Source: an uncultured Clostridium sp. (GTDB lineage: Bacteria > Bacillota > Clostridia > TANB77 > CAG-508). From it: a DNA stretch of 35,030 nucleotides. The stretch covers positions 1-35,030 of the forward strand of contig CAZASP010000001.1 in the NCBI GenBank assembly GCA_964487865.1, read 5' to 3'. Shown here in pieces: positions 1 through 7,457 of the stretch. The position numbers and the translations under genes are program-made. Numbering within the stretch: position 1 is the first letter of the stretch; each line of letters starts with the position of its first letter. The notes beneath the pieces were generated by a model, which was not told the DNA's origin, searched no databases, and worked only from the letters and a program-made list of their open reading frames with translations.

Positions 1-94
1 GTTGCATCTTTCATTAATTGATAAATCATCGTCGCAATAATTTCTAAATGGGCTAGTTCGTCAGTACTTCCACGATGTCAGTGGGAGGTATCTT

Positions 95-508
95 ATGAAT
101 TGTAAATATTTAAAACTAAAATTAAATCATAAATTAGAATGTAAATTAACAAACAAATTAGTAACTTTTAACGATTGTAAAAATTGTATAAATAAAAAAT
201 ATAATAAAACTAAATCAAGTAAATTAGCTAAACTAGAACGTAATAGAACTAGCATATTAACTAACGATTTAAAACATTGTATAATTTGTGGAAAGCCTAA
301 AGATAATCTTCATGAAATATTTTTTGGTAAAAACAGGATTAATTCTATTAAATATAAATTAATTATTCCACTTTGTTTTGATTGCCATATGAAGTTACAT
401 AATGATATCCTCATGCAAAAAGAATGGTTTATTAAAGGTCAAATTAAATTCAATGAAGTTTATCAAGATTTAGATTTTGTTGAAATATTTGGCAAAAATT
501 ATTTATAA
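95..508 (+). CDS. HNH-type (beta-beta-alpha-Me) zinc-finger nuclease-like protein
   Basis: Only convincing plus-strand ORF. GGGAGG lies 6 nt upstream of the ATG. CIICG...LHEIFFGKNR...PLCFDCHMKLHN resembles an HNH/NinG-like core with flanking Cys pairs. Family call is from remembered motifs only. Confidence 0.5.
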   Translation: MNCKYLKLKLNHKLECKLTNKLVTFNDCKNCINKKYNKTKSSKLAKLERNRTSILTNDLKHCIICGKPKDNLHEIFFGKNRINSIKYKLIIPLCFDCHMKLHNDILMQKEWFIKGQIKFNEVYQDLDFVEIFGKNYL

Positions 509-1173
509 ATAGTAATAAATAAAATTACTAAAAATAATGCTGTAAAAGCTAAATAGAATAGCAATGGTATCAAAATTTTAGATTCTTTCTTTCTAAATAG
601 AAAATTGGTATAAGTTAAAAAAGTCACACCCAACCATACCATACCAATTATAAATAAAGGTATTAACTCAGCCGATATTTTTTCAATAGCTACAATTGAA
701 GAACTTATAACTGTTATAGAAAGAATTATCGTTATTACAGTTCCACCTAAACCCTCAAATTTATTTTCTAATTCTGAAATTTTATCATCAGTTTTTTCAA
801 CACTTTTAATACTATTATCTGTTTTTTCTGAAATAATATCATTTTGAATTTTTAATATTTGGTTTTGAATACTATAATAATTATGTCTAAGTAAATTAAA
901 TTGACTAGTATTATCAATAACTGCGTTATCAGTAATCAAATATTCTATAAATTTCATATCATTTTCAATATCAATTTGTAATTTTTTCAATAATTGTTGT
1001 TTTTTTATATAATCATTTTGATAATTAATAAAATGGAGTTGTTTAAGGATTTTTTTTGTTTGTTCTAACCAACTGGCTAAATTATCATAAATTGGTTTTT
1101 TATAATTTGTATCGCTACTACTTTCTAATATTTTATCTAAGTTTTTACTTGTATTATTTTTACTAGTTTTCAC
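499..1173 (-). CDS. Coiled-coil N-terminal domain plus 3 predicted TM helices; candidate toxin/effector partner of the upstream Panacea-like gene
   Basis: 224-aa ORF whose start overlaps the end of 1163..1711 by 11 nt on the same strand. N-terminal ~140 aa are K/E/Q/N-rich and helical. C-terminal hydrophobic runs: TVITIILSITVISSSIVAI, LIPLFIIGMVWLGVTFLTY, ILIPLLFYLAFTALFLVILFITI. No family recognised. Confidence 0.6.
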   Translation of the reverse strand: MKTSKNNTSKNLDKILESSSDTNYKKPIYDNLASWLEQTKKILKQLHFINYQNDYIKKQQLLKKLQIDIENDMKFIEYLITDNAVIDNTSQFNLLRHNYYSIQNQILKIQNDIISEKTDNSIKSVEKTDDKISELENKFEGLGGTVITIILSITVISSSIVAIEKISAELIPLFIIGMVWLGVTFLTYTNFLFRKKESKILIPLLFYLAFTALFLVILFITIYK

Positions 1174-1711
1174 TTGTTAAAAATTTTTCCTTAAACCATT
1201 TTTTTGTTTCAATTTTTGAAATAGTAGCATTACAATTTTTCTTTGTTTTATACCATGGTGAACCTGGCATATGTGTTATCTTAATTAAATCTGAAGTGTT
1301 TACATCTCCAAAAATATCATATACATCATCTATACTATTAGTAATAGTATCATCTAGCTTTGGCAAATTATCAGAAAATTCATATATTGGCAAATCCATA
1401 TAACACTTATATTCAGTATATACTTTTTGGCACAAAGGTCCATAAGTCCACGCATTAAAATCTTCTTTATATAGCCTATTTTTATCATAACTAGCCATAT
1501 AATAAGCTTCAATAAAATACAATAATTTTTGTAATTTTAATTGAGTTATTTCTTTATTTTCATTATTAAATTTACAAATCAAAATTTTAGCAACATCAAG
1601 AATATTCACCCCATTATCCATAATTACACTCCCTATTTTAATTCTATGATAACATGAATTGACACAATATACTAGCATATTTTTAATTTTTTGGCAATAT
1701 TTTTTTATCAT
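1163..1711 (-). CDS. Panacea/DUF4065-domain protein (SocA/GepA-like, antitoxin-type)
   Basis: LQKLLYFIEAYYMAS...EDFNAWTYGPLCQKVYTEYK matches the remembered DUF4065 core (lqKLlYf ... f.AW.yGP...vY). An alternative start at 1621 (GGGAG RBS, MDNGVNILDVAKIL) would give 152 aa. Confidence 0.7.
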   Translation of the reverse strand: MIKKYCQKIKNMLVYCVNSCYHRIKIGSVIMDNGVNILDVAKILICKFNNENKEITQLKLQKLLYFIEAYYMASYDKNRLYKEDFNAWTYGPLCQKVYTEYKCYMDLPIYEFSDNLPKLDDTITNSIDDVYDIFGDVNTSDLIKITHMPGSPWYKTKKNCNATISKIETKKWFKEKFLTSEN

Positions 1712-1762
1712 TTTACAATCCTCTTCTATGTAATATACACATATTTTTTTGTATTTTTCTAA

Positions 1763-1771
1763 ATTATATCA
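1763..1771 (-). promoter_or_regulatory. Extended -10 element TGATATAAT upstream of the Panacea-like gene
   Basis: Minus-strand TGATATAAT lies between the lysin terminator and the 1711/1621 start codons. No good -35 at 17 nt spacing. Confidence 0.35.
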
Positions 1772-1811
1772 ATGATTTTTAAAAAAAATGTCGAAAAAAA
1801 ATAATGTAAAT

Positions 1812-1848
1812 AAAAAAATAGGTAAATATGATTAACATATCTACCTAT
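1812..1848 (-). terminator. Intrinsic terminator after the endolysin gene
   Basis: Minus strand ATAGGTAGATATG-loop-CATATTTACCTAT hairpin (one mismatch) followed by a T6 run. Overlaps the lysin stop codon. Confidence 0.6.
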
Positions 1849-2681
1849 TTTATCAATTCCTTATGTGTTGCCTTTCCAACGTGTCCATCGACGGATAAAC
1901 CTTTATCTTTTTGAAATTTTTTAACTGCTGATAGTGTGTCATTTCCAAAAGACCCGTCAACTCCAGCTTTTCCGCAAGAGTATCCCAATTCAATTAGTCT
2001 TGATTGCAACCATTTAATGTGGTTGGTTGCTCTTTTTTTTAAGTAATATAAGTAGTTGTTATGACTAGCACTTTCAGTTTTTGGTCCAAATGAACCGTCA
2101 ATAACTAGACCACATTTATAGTCTGCATTAAGTGCTTTTTGTAAAGATTTTACTCTTTCTTCTCTTGTAGATGTTTTAGGCTTTATATAATGGACATCTC
2201 CGATAGCTGGATTTACTATACAACCTCTAAAACTATAAGCACTACCTTGACCCCAACGACCATTATTATTAGTTCTCAAAGTATTCCAAAAAGCACTTGA
2301 GCCATATCCTGATTCTGATGAATAAAATTGATTCACACTATCAATTCTCTCGACAACCGCTAGGTGTCCAGCTCCATCACCACCATTTAAAGTTTTTCCT
2401 TTTTGCCAAACCATGATACCTCCTAGAGTCGGATAATTGACTACTTTCAAACCTAAACTTTTAGCTCTTTCAATAAAGTTTTCAGCATTACAATTCAAAG
2501 TAGGATATTTCATACTTCCTATGATTTCATTAAATCTACTGCAAGCATACCCAACGCAATTTGCTAGTACATTTCTACCAGCACAAGTAGGACTTCCTTG
2601 AATACATCTGCTCCATCCTCCATTAGATGTTGTATTGTAAAATTTGTTCCCATACTCAGGTAAACTAGTTCTCATTTGCAT
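1845..2681 (-). CDS. Endolysin: N-terminal CHAP-type domain plus two C-terminal PG_binding_1 repeats
   Basis: NCVGYACSRF (Cys) and GHLAVVE (His) fit CHAP. Two peptidoglycan-binding repeats: LQKALNADYKCGLVIDGSFGPKT and VDGSFGNDTLSAVKKFQKDKGLSVDGHVGKAT. Last gene of the late operon. Confidence 0.85.
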   Translation of the reverse strand: MQMRTSLPEYGNKFYNTTSNGGWSRCIQGSPTCAGRNVLANCVGYACSRFNEIIGSMKYPTLNCNAENFIERAKSLGLKVVNYPTLGGIMVWQKGKTLNGGDGAGHLAVVERIDSVNQFYSSESGYGSSAFWNTLRTNNNGRWGQGSAYSFRGCIVNPAIGDVHYIKPKTSTREERVKSLQKALNADYKCGLVIDGSFGPKTESASHNNYLYYLKKRATNHIKWLQSRLIELGYSCGKAGVDGSFGNDTLSAVKKFQKDKGLSVDGHVGKATHKELIK

Positions 2682-2775
2682 CTGTAACTACCTCCTCTTG
2701 ATGTTCAATTGTACAATCATCAATTAAATCTTCTAAATCATCATTATTAAATGTTGTTTGAATATCTTTTTTCAT
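2668..2775 (-). CDS. Small acidic ORF (35 aa) overlapping the lysin start
   Basis: Below the ORF-track cutoff. Hand translation: MKKDIQTTFNNDDLEDLIDDCTIEHQEEVVTDANEN. GAGGTG lies 8 nt upstream of the ATG. Its 3' end overlaps the endolysin 5' end. Confidence 0.3.
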
Positions 2776-2792
2776 TTCTTTATCACCTCTTC

Positions 2793-2957
2793 TTAATTTT
2801 CTTTATTAACCTTTGTTCCTAAAAAGAACGAAACTATCATTATTGTTATCTGCTTCAATTCCTCTGGAATTGGTATTCTTAATAATATACAATAGGCGAA
2901 CAATGCCATTATCACTACAGTTATGAAACTCTTTAAATCACTCCACGCCTTTTTCAT
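2793..2957 (-). CDS. Small two-TM holin-like protein (54 aa)
   Basis: Below the ORF-track cutoff. Hand translation: MKKAWSDLKSFITVVIMALFAYCILLRIPIPEELKQITIMIVSFFLGTKVNKEN. GAGGAG lies upstream. Two hydrophobic segments and a charged C-terminus. Sits just upstream of the lysin. Confidence 0.45.
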   Translation of the reverse strand: MKKAWSDLKSFITVVIMALFAYCILLRIPIPEELKQITIMIVSFFLGTKVNKEN

Positions 2958-3243
2958 CTCTCTCATTCTCCTCTAATATAACCTTTTCACATAATCTTTT
3001 AGTGTATGAGTTATACCCTCTTTCTAAATAATCATCGCAAACTCCAGCTCTTTCAATTATAGGAATTTCCTTATTCCAAATAATTGACTTTTCAGCCATT
3101 TGAATGGTTTTAGACATCTCCTCATTTTGATTATCAAAATACTGAAATATTTTGAAAAAACAACCAAAAATAGCAACTAAAATTGTTGCTATCAGTGTTA
3201 CCCAACCCCAATATTTTTTTATTTTTTCCATAAATTTATCCAT
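2938..3243 (-). CDS. Single-TM membrane protein, holin or lysis-accessory candidate
   Basis: 101 aa. N-terminal TM (WGWVTLIATILVAIFGCFFKIF) followed by a charged soluble tail. First gene of the lysis cluster by position. Confidence 0.5.
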   Translation of the reverse strand: MDKFMEKIKKYWGWVTLIATILVAIFGCFFKIFQYFDNQNEEMSKTIQMAEKSIIWNKEIPIIERAGVCDDYLERGYNSYTKRLCEKVILEENERDEKGVE

Positions 3244-3263
3244 ACTTTTATTCCTTTCTTTCT

Positions 3264-3797
3264 CTATTTTTTTACTTTACTTATCCTCATCGGAGGTAGT
3301 TCACTAGGCGTAAAATTAGTATCCTCTCTTTTTCTAGTTGTAACACGTATATATCTTGTTTCTGCACCTGTTGTAAAGTTGTAAGGAAATGTATCATTCC
3401 AATTTCCTGTATCAATTTCTGTATTTTTATCAAAAGCAAAATTTTCGTTATAAGGAAATACAATACAAAAATAATCAGCACTAGCTATAGATACTTGATA
3501 CTCTGTACTTGGCTCTACAGTTATATAAGTAGTTCTTACTCTAGCATTACTAATCATATCCTCACCTGTCCCACCTGCGACACTACCTTGTTCTAAAGTG
3601 AAGTCAAGTAATTTCAACTCATTTATTACATCTAATATTGAATCTATTACATCTAGCCTAGAAAAAATATCATCAATATTTTTTTTTAAATACCAAGTGT
3701 TATAAATTGCTATATTAGCATTCTTGGCTTCGTCTGGTGTTGCCTCATCTGGCAAGTCTTTAAACTCAAAATCTTCATTAAATTCTACTGTTCTCAT
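3264..3797 (-). CDS. Tail fibre / receptor-binding paralog 3 (shared N-terminal adaptor, unique C-terminal domain)
   Basis: N-terminus FEFKDLPDEATPDEAKNANIAIYN is paralogous to the N-termini of 3832..4881 and 4947..5465. C-terminal ~100 aa is beta-rich and unrelated to the other two. Confidence 0.6.
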   Translation of the reverse strand: MRTVEFNEDFEFKDLPDEATPDEAKNANIAIYNTWYLKKNIDDIFSRLDVIDSILDVINELKLLDFTLEQGSVAGGTGEDMISNARVRTTYITVEPSTEYQVSIASADYFCIVFPYNENFAFDKNTEIDTGNWNDTFPYNFTTGAETRYIRVTTRKREDTNFTPSELPPMRISKVKK

Positions 3798-3831
3798 TTA
3801 AATTTGCAATTTATTTTTGAAAGTTTGTTAT

Positions 3832-4881
3832 TTAATCAATAAAATATCTAATATTAAAGTGTACCCATGTTTCTTTTTCTTTATATAAAGTATTGTTCAC
3901 AAAATCAAAAAGCCAATCTGTCGAAATATTTCCATTTGGACTAATACCTATTCTAATTATGTTGCCGTTTGTTGCAGTTCCAACCGATAGTAGTTCGGAC
4001 GGTATTCTAAACCCAGCAGGAATAGTTCCAATAAGTTGCGAACCACCATTCCACACAAATTTATTAGCCCGACCAGCTACGGTAACTTCATTGCCAATTT
4101 TGCGACATTTTAGAAACTCCCATGTACCACTTACTGGAGTTATATTTATCCAGCCACTATCTTCATTCATATAATCAGTATACGACGGAGTCCAAAGTGG
4201 ATAATCAACAATTCCTGCTTCGATTTTAAAGTTCTTGTATTCGACTGTAACACCTGTACCATCATAATCAGCTTGAGGCACAATTAAAAATGAGCCTCTT
4301 GCATAATCTTTATAATTTTCTCCATCAGGAATTGTTAATTTACAAGAATATCTTGTCCATTTATCGTTATTTGAAGCTAAAAGAGCAATATTAGACGCTA
4401 CTGTTGACGTTGTTCCACCACCAACACCTCTAAAATCAAATCTTAACAAAAGATTCTCATTTCCAACAAGTCCAGTTGTCTTCACATCTACTGACATTGT
4501 AAAATTTTTAATTTTTTCTACTTCTTTAAAATCAAGTATGAATTTGTCTGTAAAAAAAGTATAAACATCAAAATATCCACTTTTTAAAATAGTTATTTTT
4601 CCGTTTTCTCTTTTGGTAAAATCAGGATATCCAGTATCCAATAAATTAATTCCAGTAGCACTATCTTTCAGCAAATTTATACCTTGAGAACCAATTTGTG
4701 GTTTCACTGTTTCAAATTGTTTTTTTAAATTATCAACTTGTTCTTTTAAATAATCAACATTATCTAAAACAATATTTGCGTGCTCTGCATCGTCAGGAAC
4801 ACTTTCATCAGGCAAGTTCTTGTATCTAGTCATTTCTTTATATTCTAAATTAGACAAACTTTCAATTGTTCTTTCTTTCAT
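3832..4881 (-). CDS. Tail fibre / receptor-binding paralog 2
   Basis: YKNLPDESVPDDAEHANIVLDNVDYLKEQVDNLKKQ adaptor plus short coiled coil, then ~280 aa of beta-rich sequence. Confidence 0.65.
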   Translation of the reverse strand: MKERTIESLSNLEYKEMTRYKNLPDESVPDDAEHANIVLDNVDYLKEQVDNLKKQFETVKPQIGSQGINLLKDSATGINLLDTGYPDFTKRENGKITILKSGYFDVYTFFTDKFILDFKEVEKIKNFTMSVDVKTTGLVGNENLLLRFDFRGVGGGTTSTVASNIALLASNNDKWTRYSCKLTIPDGENYKDYARGSFLIVPQADYDGTGVTVEYKNFKIEAGIVDYPLWTPSYTDYMNEDSGWINITPVSGTWEFLKCRKIGNEVTVAGRANKFVWNGGSQLIGTIPAGFRIPSELLSVGTATNGNIIRIGISPNGNISTDWLFDFVNNTLYKEKETWVHFNIRYFID

Positions 4882-4946
4882 TTCATTTTTTTATTTAATT
4901 ATTAATCGTGTTATATATTATTTTAATTCAATTTAATTTGCTGATT

Positions 4947-5465
4947 TTATTTCCAAAAACCGATTGTGAACCAACTAACAAATGCGTCGACGGGTCTTTG
5001 TGCAGAAGACCTGTTATAACCACCAATATCTACAGAAGAAGTACTTTTATTACAATACACAGAATAGTCAGCAAAACCATTGGACGCTGCATTAAATAAA
5101 ATAGAGCAAGAATAAGAAGTATCTTTGTAGGCGGTTAGAAAATCAACTTGAGTTTCAGTTGTGCTAAAACCAGCAACTCCTGCTGGAAATTTAACTGTAC
5201 CCCAGTACAACAATAAACCATTCGCAAATTTAAAATAATTTACTCCAGCCTCATTAGTCCCATACTCCATTTCCGTTTTGCTCTCAATATCATTCGCTTT
5301 ACTTTCAATATTGTTTGCTTTGTCTTCAACATTCTCAATATATTGTTTCAATAATCTAGTATTCTTTAAAGCAATATTTGCGTGCTCTGCATCATCAAGA
5401 GTTGTTTCATCAGGCAGGTCTTTATACTCAAAGTCATCATTGAACTCGTTCATGTAATCAGGCAT
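4947..5465 (-). CDS. Tail fibre / receptor-binding paralog 1 (gp53-like C-terminal head)
   Basis: YKDLPDETTLDDAEHANIALKN adaptor and a repeated KANxIESK coiled coil. C-terminal GLLLYWGTV...FVSWFTIGFW resembles short prophage tail-fibre tips. Confidence 0.65.
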   Translation of the reverse strand: MPDYMNEFNDDFEYKDLPDETTLDDAEHANIALKNTRLLKQYIENVEDKANNIESKANDIESKTEMEYGTNEAGVNYFKFANGLLLYWGTVKFPAGVAGFSTTETQVDFLTAYKDTSYSCSILFNAASNGFADYSVYCNKSTSSVDIGGYNRSSAQRPVDAFVSWFTIGFWK

Positions 5466-5542
5466 AATATATAACTCCTTGATTAATAATTAAATTACTA
5501 ACCTCCTTTCGGAAATTAGTTTTAATAAAAGAGAAGAAAGCC

Positions 5543-5704
5543 TTAAATTGCTCCCTCCTCTCTTTTGTAATTGATAAATGTGCGTAAGCACTCGTTCGTT
5601 CGTTCGTTCGTTCGTTCGTTCGTTCGTTCGTTCGTTCGTTCGTTCGTTAAAATTGTATCATTCTTGACAATCTTGTCAAGATATTTTTTAAATTTAAAAA
5701 TCAT
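5543..5704 (-). CDS. Leader ORF (53 aa) containing the (AACG)14 tract
   Basis: AGGAGG lies 9 nt upstream of the ATG at 5704. Hand translation: MIFKFKKYLDKIVKNDTIL(TNER)x4 TNECLRTFINYKREEGAI. Below the ORF-track cutoff. Coding status uncertain. Confidence 0.3.
   Translation of the reverse strand: MIFKFKKYLDKIVKNDTILTNERTNERTNERTNERTNECLRTFINYKREEGAI
5593..5648. repeat. Perfect tetranucleotide microsatellite (CGTT)14 on plus = (AACG)14 on minus
   Basis: Counted directly: 56 nt with 14 uninterrupted units. Lies between the DUF859-like gene and the fibre paralogs. Confidence 0.98.
5652..5679 (-). promoter_or_regulatory. Near-consensus sigma-A-type promoter TTGACA-16 nt-TACAAT with a palindromic -35 region
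   Basis: Minus strand TTGACAagattgtcaagaatgaTACAAT. The -35 sits within the inverted repeat TTGACAA-GA-TTGTCAA. The -10 ends 3 nt before the microsatellite. Confidence 0.5.
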
Positions 5705-5744
5705 ATTCTATTACCTCCTATTTCTATTTGATTTTTTAAACTTT

Positions 5745-7457
5745 TTATGCTTTTCTCTTCCACATATAACAAGTTATATAAGGCTGTAAGATATTATGGG
5801 CAGTTGAACTTCCTGCATATGTCGTGTACATTTCAGAATTCTCTTGCCATACTACATCTGATGGGACATACATAACACTACTCCCACTTGCAGCATTTTT
5901 TGGTTTATAGCTCCAAACAACATTGTGTCTGTGTTTAGGCATTTCAGCTTCTGTTAAAGTATGTTTTTTCTCACCACCTGTTTGTTCTACTGTCTTAAAC
6001 TCGGTGGATGATGTATCAATACAGACTGGTACTCTACCTGCACCCCAAAGTTCCCAAGTTCCAAAGCCAAAATACTCAGATGGATTAGTGCCTGAAACAT
6101 TAAATTCCAAACTTCCTATCGGATGCTTTTTTTCATCTCTTTCTAAAATTATATCATTAACCATTTTTTGAAAAGATTTCCCATTTATTAAAACATCATC
6201 GCTTGCTATTGCCAAAAGTGGAACGGATTTATAAATTGAAATATTATTTATAGTAATAGCACTTATTTTATCACTAACACTAATCATGAACTCATAGTTT
6301 TTTTGATAATCAAAAATGTCAGATGAATTAACAGAACCTTTAAATGTATTATTTGCAAAAGTTGGTGTTAAATCCCCTATTTTAGTCCAAGAAGTTGTTC
6401 CTTTTTCTCTGTAAGACCACGACATTGTTAAGTTGTTTGTCGCCGAACCAAATGAGCCATTAAAATAATTACCTGAAAATTCTAAAGCAACTATTCCACC
6501 AGTTTGAGATGTTCGCTTAATTGTTGCATTACACGTTAATTGAACGTAATTAATCATATCTGCCGTAATATTTATTGCTTTCGAATAACCACGACTATCT
6601 GTAGCTGTTACAACAAATGAATTATTGTTAACATTCAATATATCTCTATAAGTAGTTGTTACAACATTATCAACTGTTATTTTTGAAATAGTAGCATTAT
6701 TCTTCGCAGTTGCTGTTGGTGTTATTCTTGCTGTTGAAAAATATTTTATTAATTTAGTATTACTACCAGTTAATGCTGTTGCTGATGAATTTACATCAAC
6801 AATTGTTGCTGTTAAATCAGGTATACAATCTGATTCTTTACATGAAACAGTTACGTCTTTTGTAGTTTCTCCAATTTTCGTTGTTCCATTGTACGTTATA
6901 CAAGTAATTTTACAAGTGCCAGTTTTATTTGGCATTTGCTTATAAAAATCAGTTGGAACTTTCCAACTAGCACTTGTATCAATATTTTCAGCTATTTTTC
7001 CAGTTAAAGTTCCAAAAGTATAATTTAAAGTATGTTTAAAACTTGAATTAGCTCTAGTTATGTTAATTGTCGTGTTTTCTCCAACAATTGCATTAGCGAC
7101 TGTAAATGAACTCGCTCGTGGAATAGTCGTTAATGCTTTTGTGCCACTATCACTTTGTGTCCCTAATCCTGATGTTGGTGTCGTACAAGTCCAATTCCAT
7201 GAAACTGTTTTAGTTCCATCAGTATTATGTGTTATATTATTAAATGTAAAACTTGTGTTTACACTTCCACCACGTGGATGGGCAACCGTTTTATTTTGCG
7301 TTATTCCATTACAAGTGCAATAAAGTTTAACGCCTACTGACGCATCAAAAAATGTTGTTGAATTTTGAGCTGAAAAATAAACGTTAATTGTCAATGAACT
7401 TGTATTATTGCTTACATTTATATTACTTTCACTAAATGTAGTTCTTTTTGTAGCCAT
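5745..7457 (-). CDS. Receptor-binding/baseplate protein: DUF859-like N-terminus plus tail-collar-like C-terminus
   Basis: The N-terminal S/T/N-rich beta region resembles siphovirus DUF859. The C-terminal GFGTWELWGAGRVPV...GGEKKHTLTEAEMPKHRHN fits the phage tail-collar/MdpB-like motif. Confidence 0.7.
   Translation of the reverse strand: MATKRTTFSESNINVSNNTSSLTINVYFSAQNSTTFFDASVGVKLYCTCNGITQNKTVAHPRGGSVNTSFTFNNITHNTDGTKTVSWNWTCTTPTSGLGTQSDSGTKALTTIPRASSFTVANAIVGENTTINITRANSSFKHTLNYTFGTLTGKIAENIDTSASWKVPTDFYKQMPNKTGTCKITCITYNGTTKIGETTKDVTVSCKESDCIPDLTATIVDVNSSATALTGSNTKLIKYFSTARITPTATAKNNATISKITVDNVVTTTYRDILNVNNNSFVVTATDSRGYSKAINITADMINYVQLTCNATIKRTSQTGGIVALEFSGNYFNGSFGSATNNLTMSWSYREKGTTSWTKIGDLTPTFANNTFKGSVNSSDIFDYQKNYEFMISVSDKISAITINNISIYKSVPLLAIASDDVLINGKSFQKMVNDIILERDEKKHPIGSLEFNVSGTNPSEYFGFGTWELWGAGRVPVCIDTSSTEFKTVEQTGGEKKHTLTEAEMPKHRHNVVWSYKPKNAASGSSVMYVPSDVVWQENSEMYTTYAGSSTAHNILQPYITCYMWKRKA

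Noticed and set aside
3287..3481. Minus-strand 64-aa ORF inside 3264..3797
   Set aside because: It is an out-of-frame overlap with the longer fibre paralog, whose N-terminal motif is conserved in three genes.
5593..5648. Whether the tandem repeat could be a CRISPR array or part of one
   Set aside because: The unit is 4 nt with no spacers. No other repeat-spacer structure and no cas-like genes are present anywhere in the window.
5571..5789. Plus-strand ORF encoding MINVRKHSFVRSFVRSFVRS...
   Set aside because: The FVRS repeats are simply the (CGTT)14 tract read on the wrong strand. There is no RBS, and the ORF runs antisense into the 3' end of the 5745..7457 gene.
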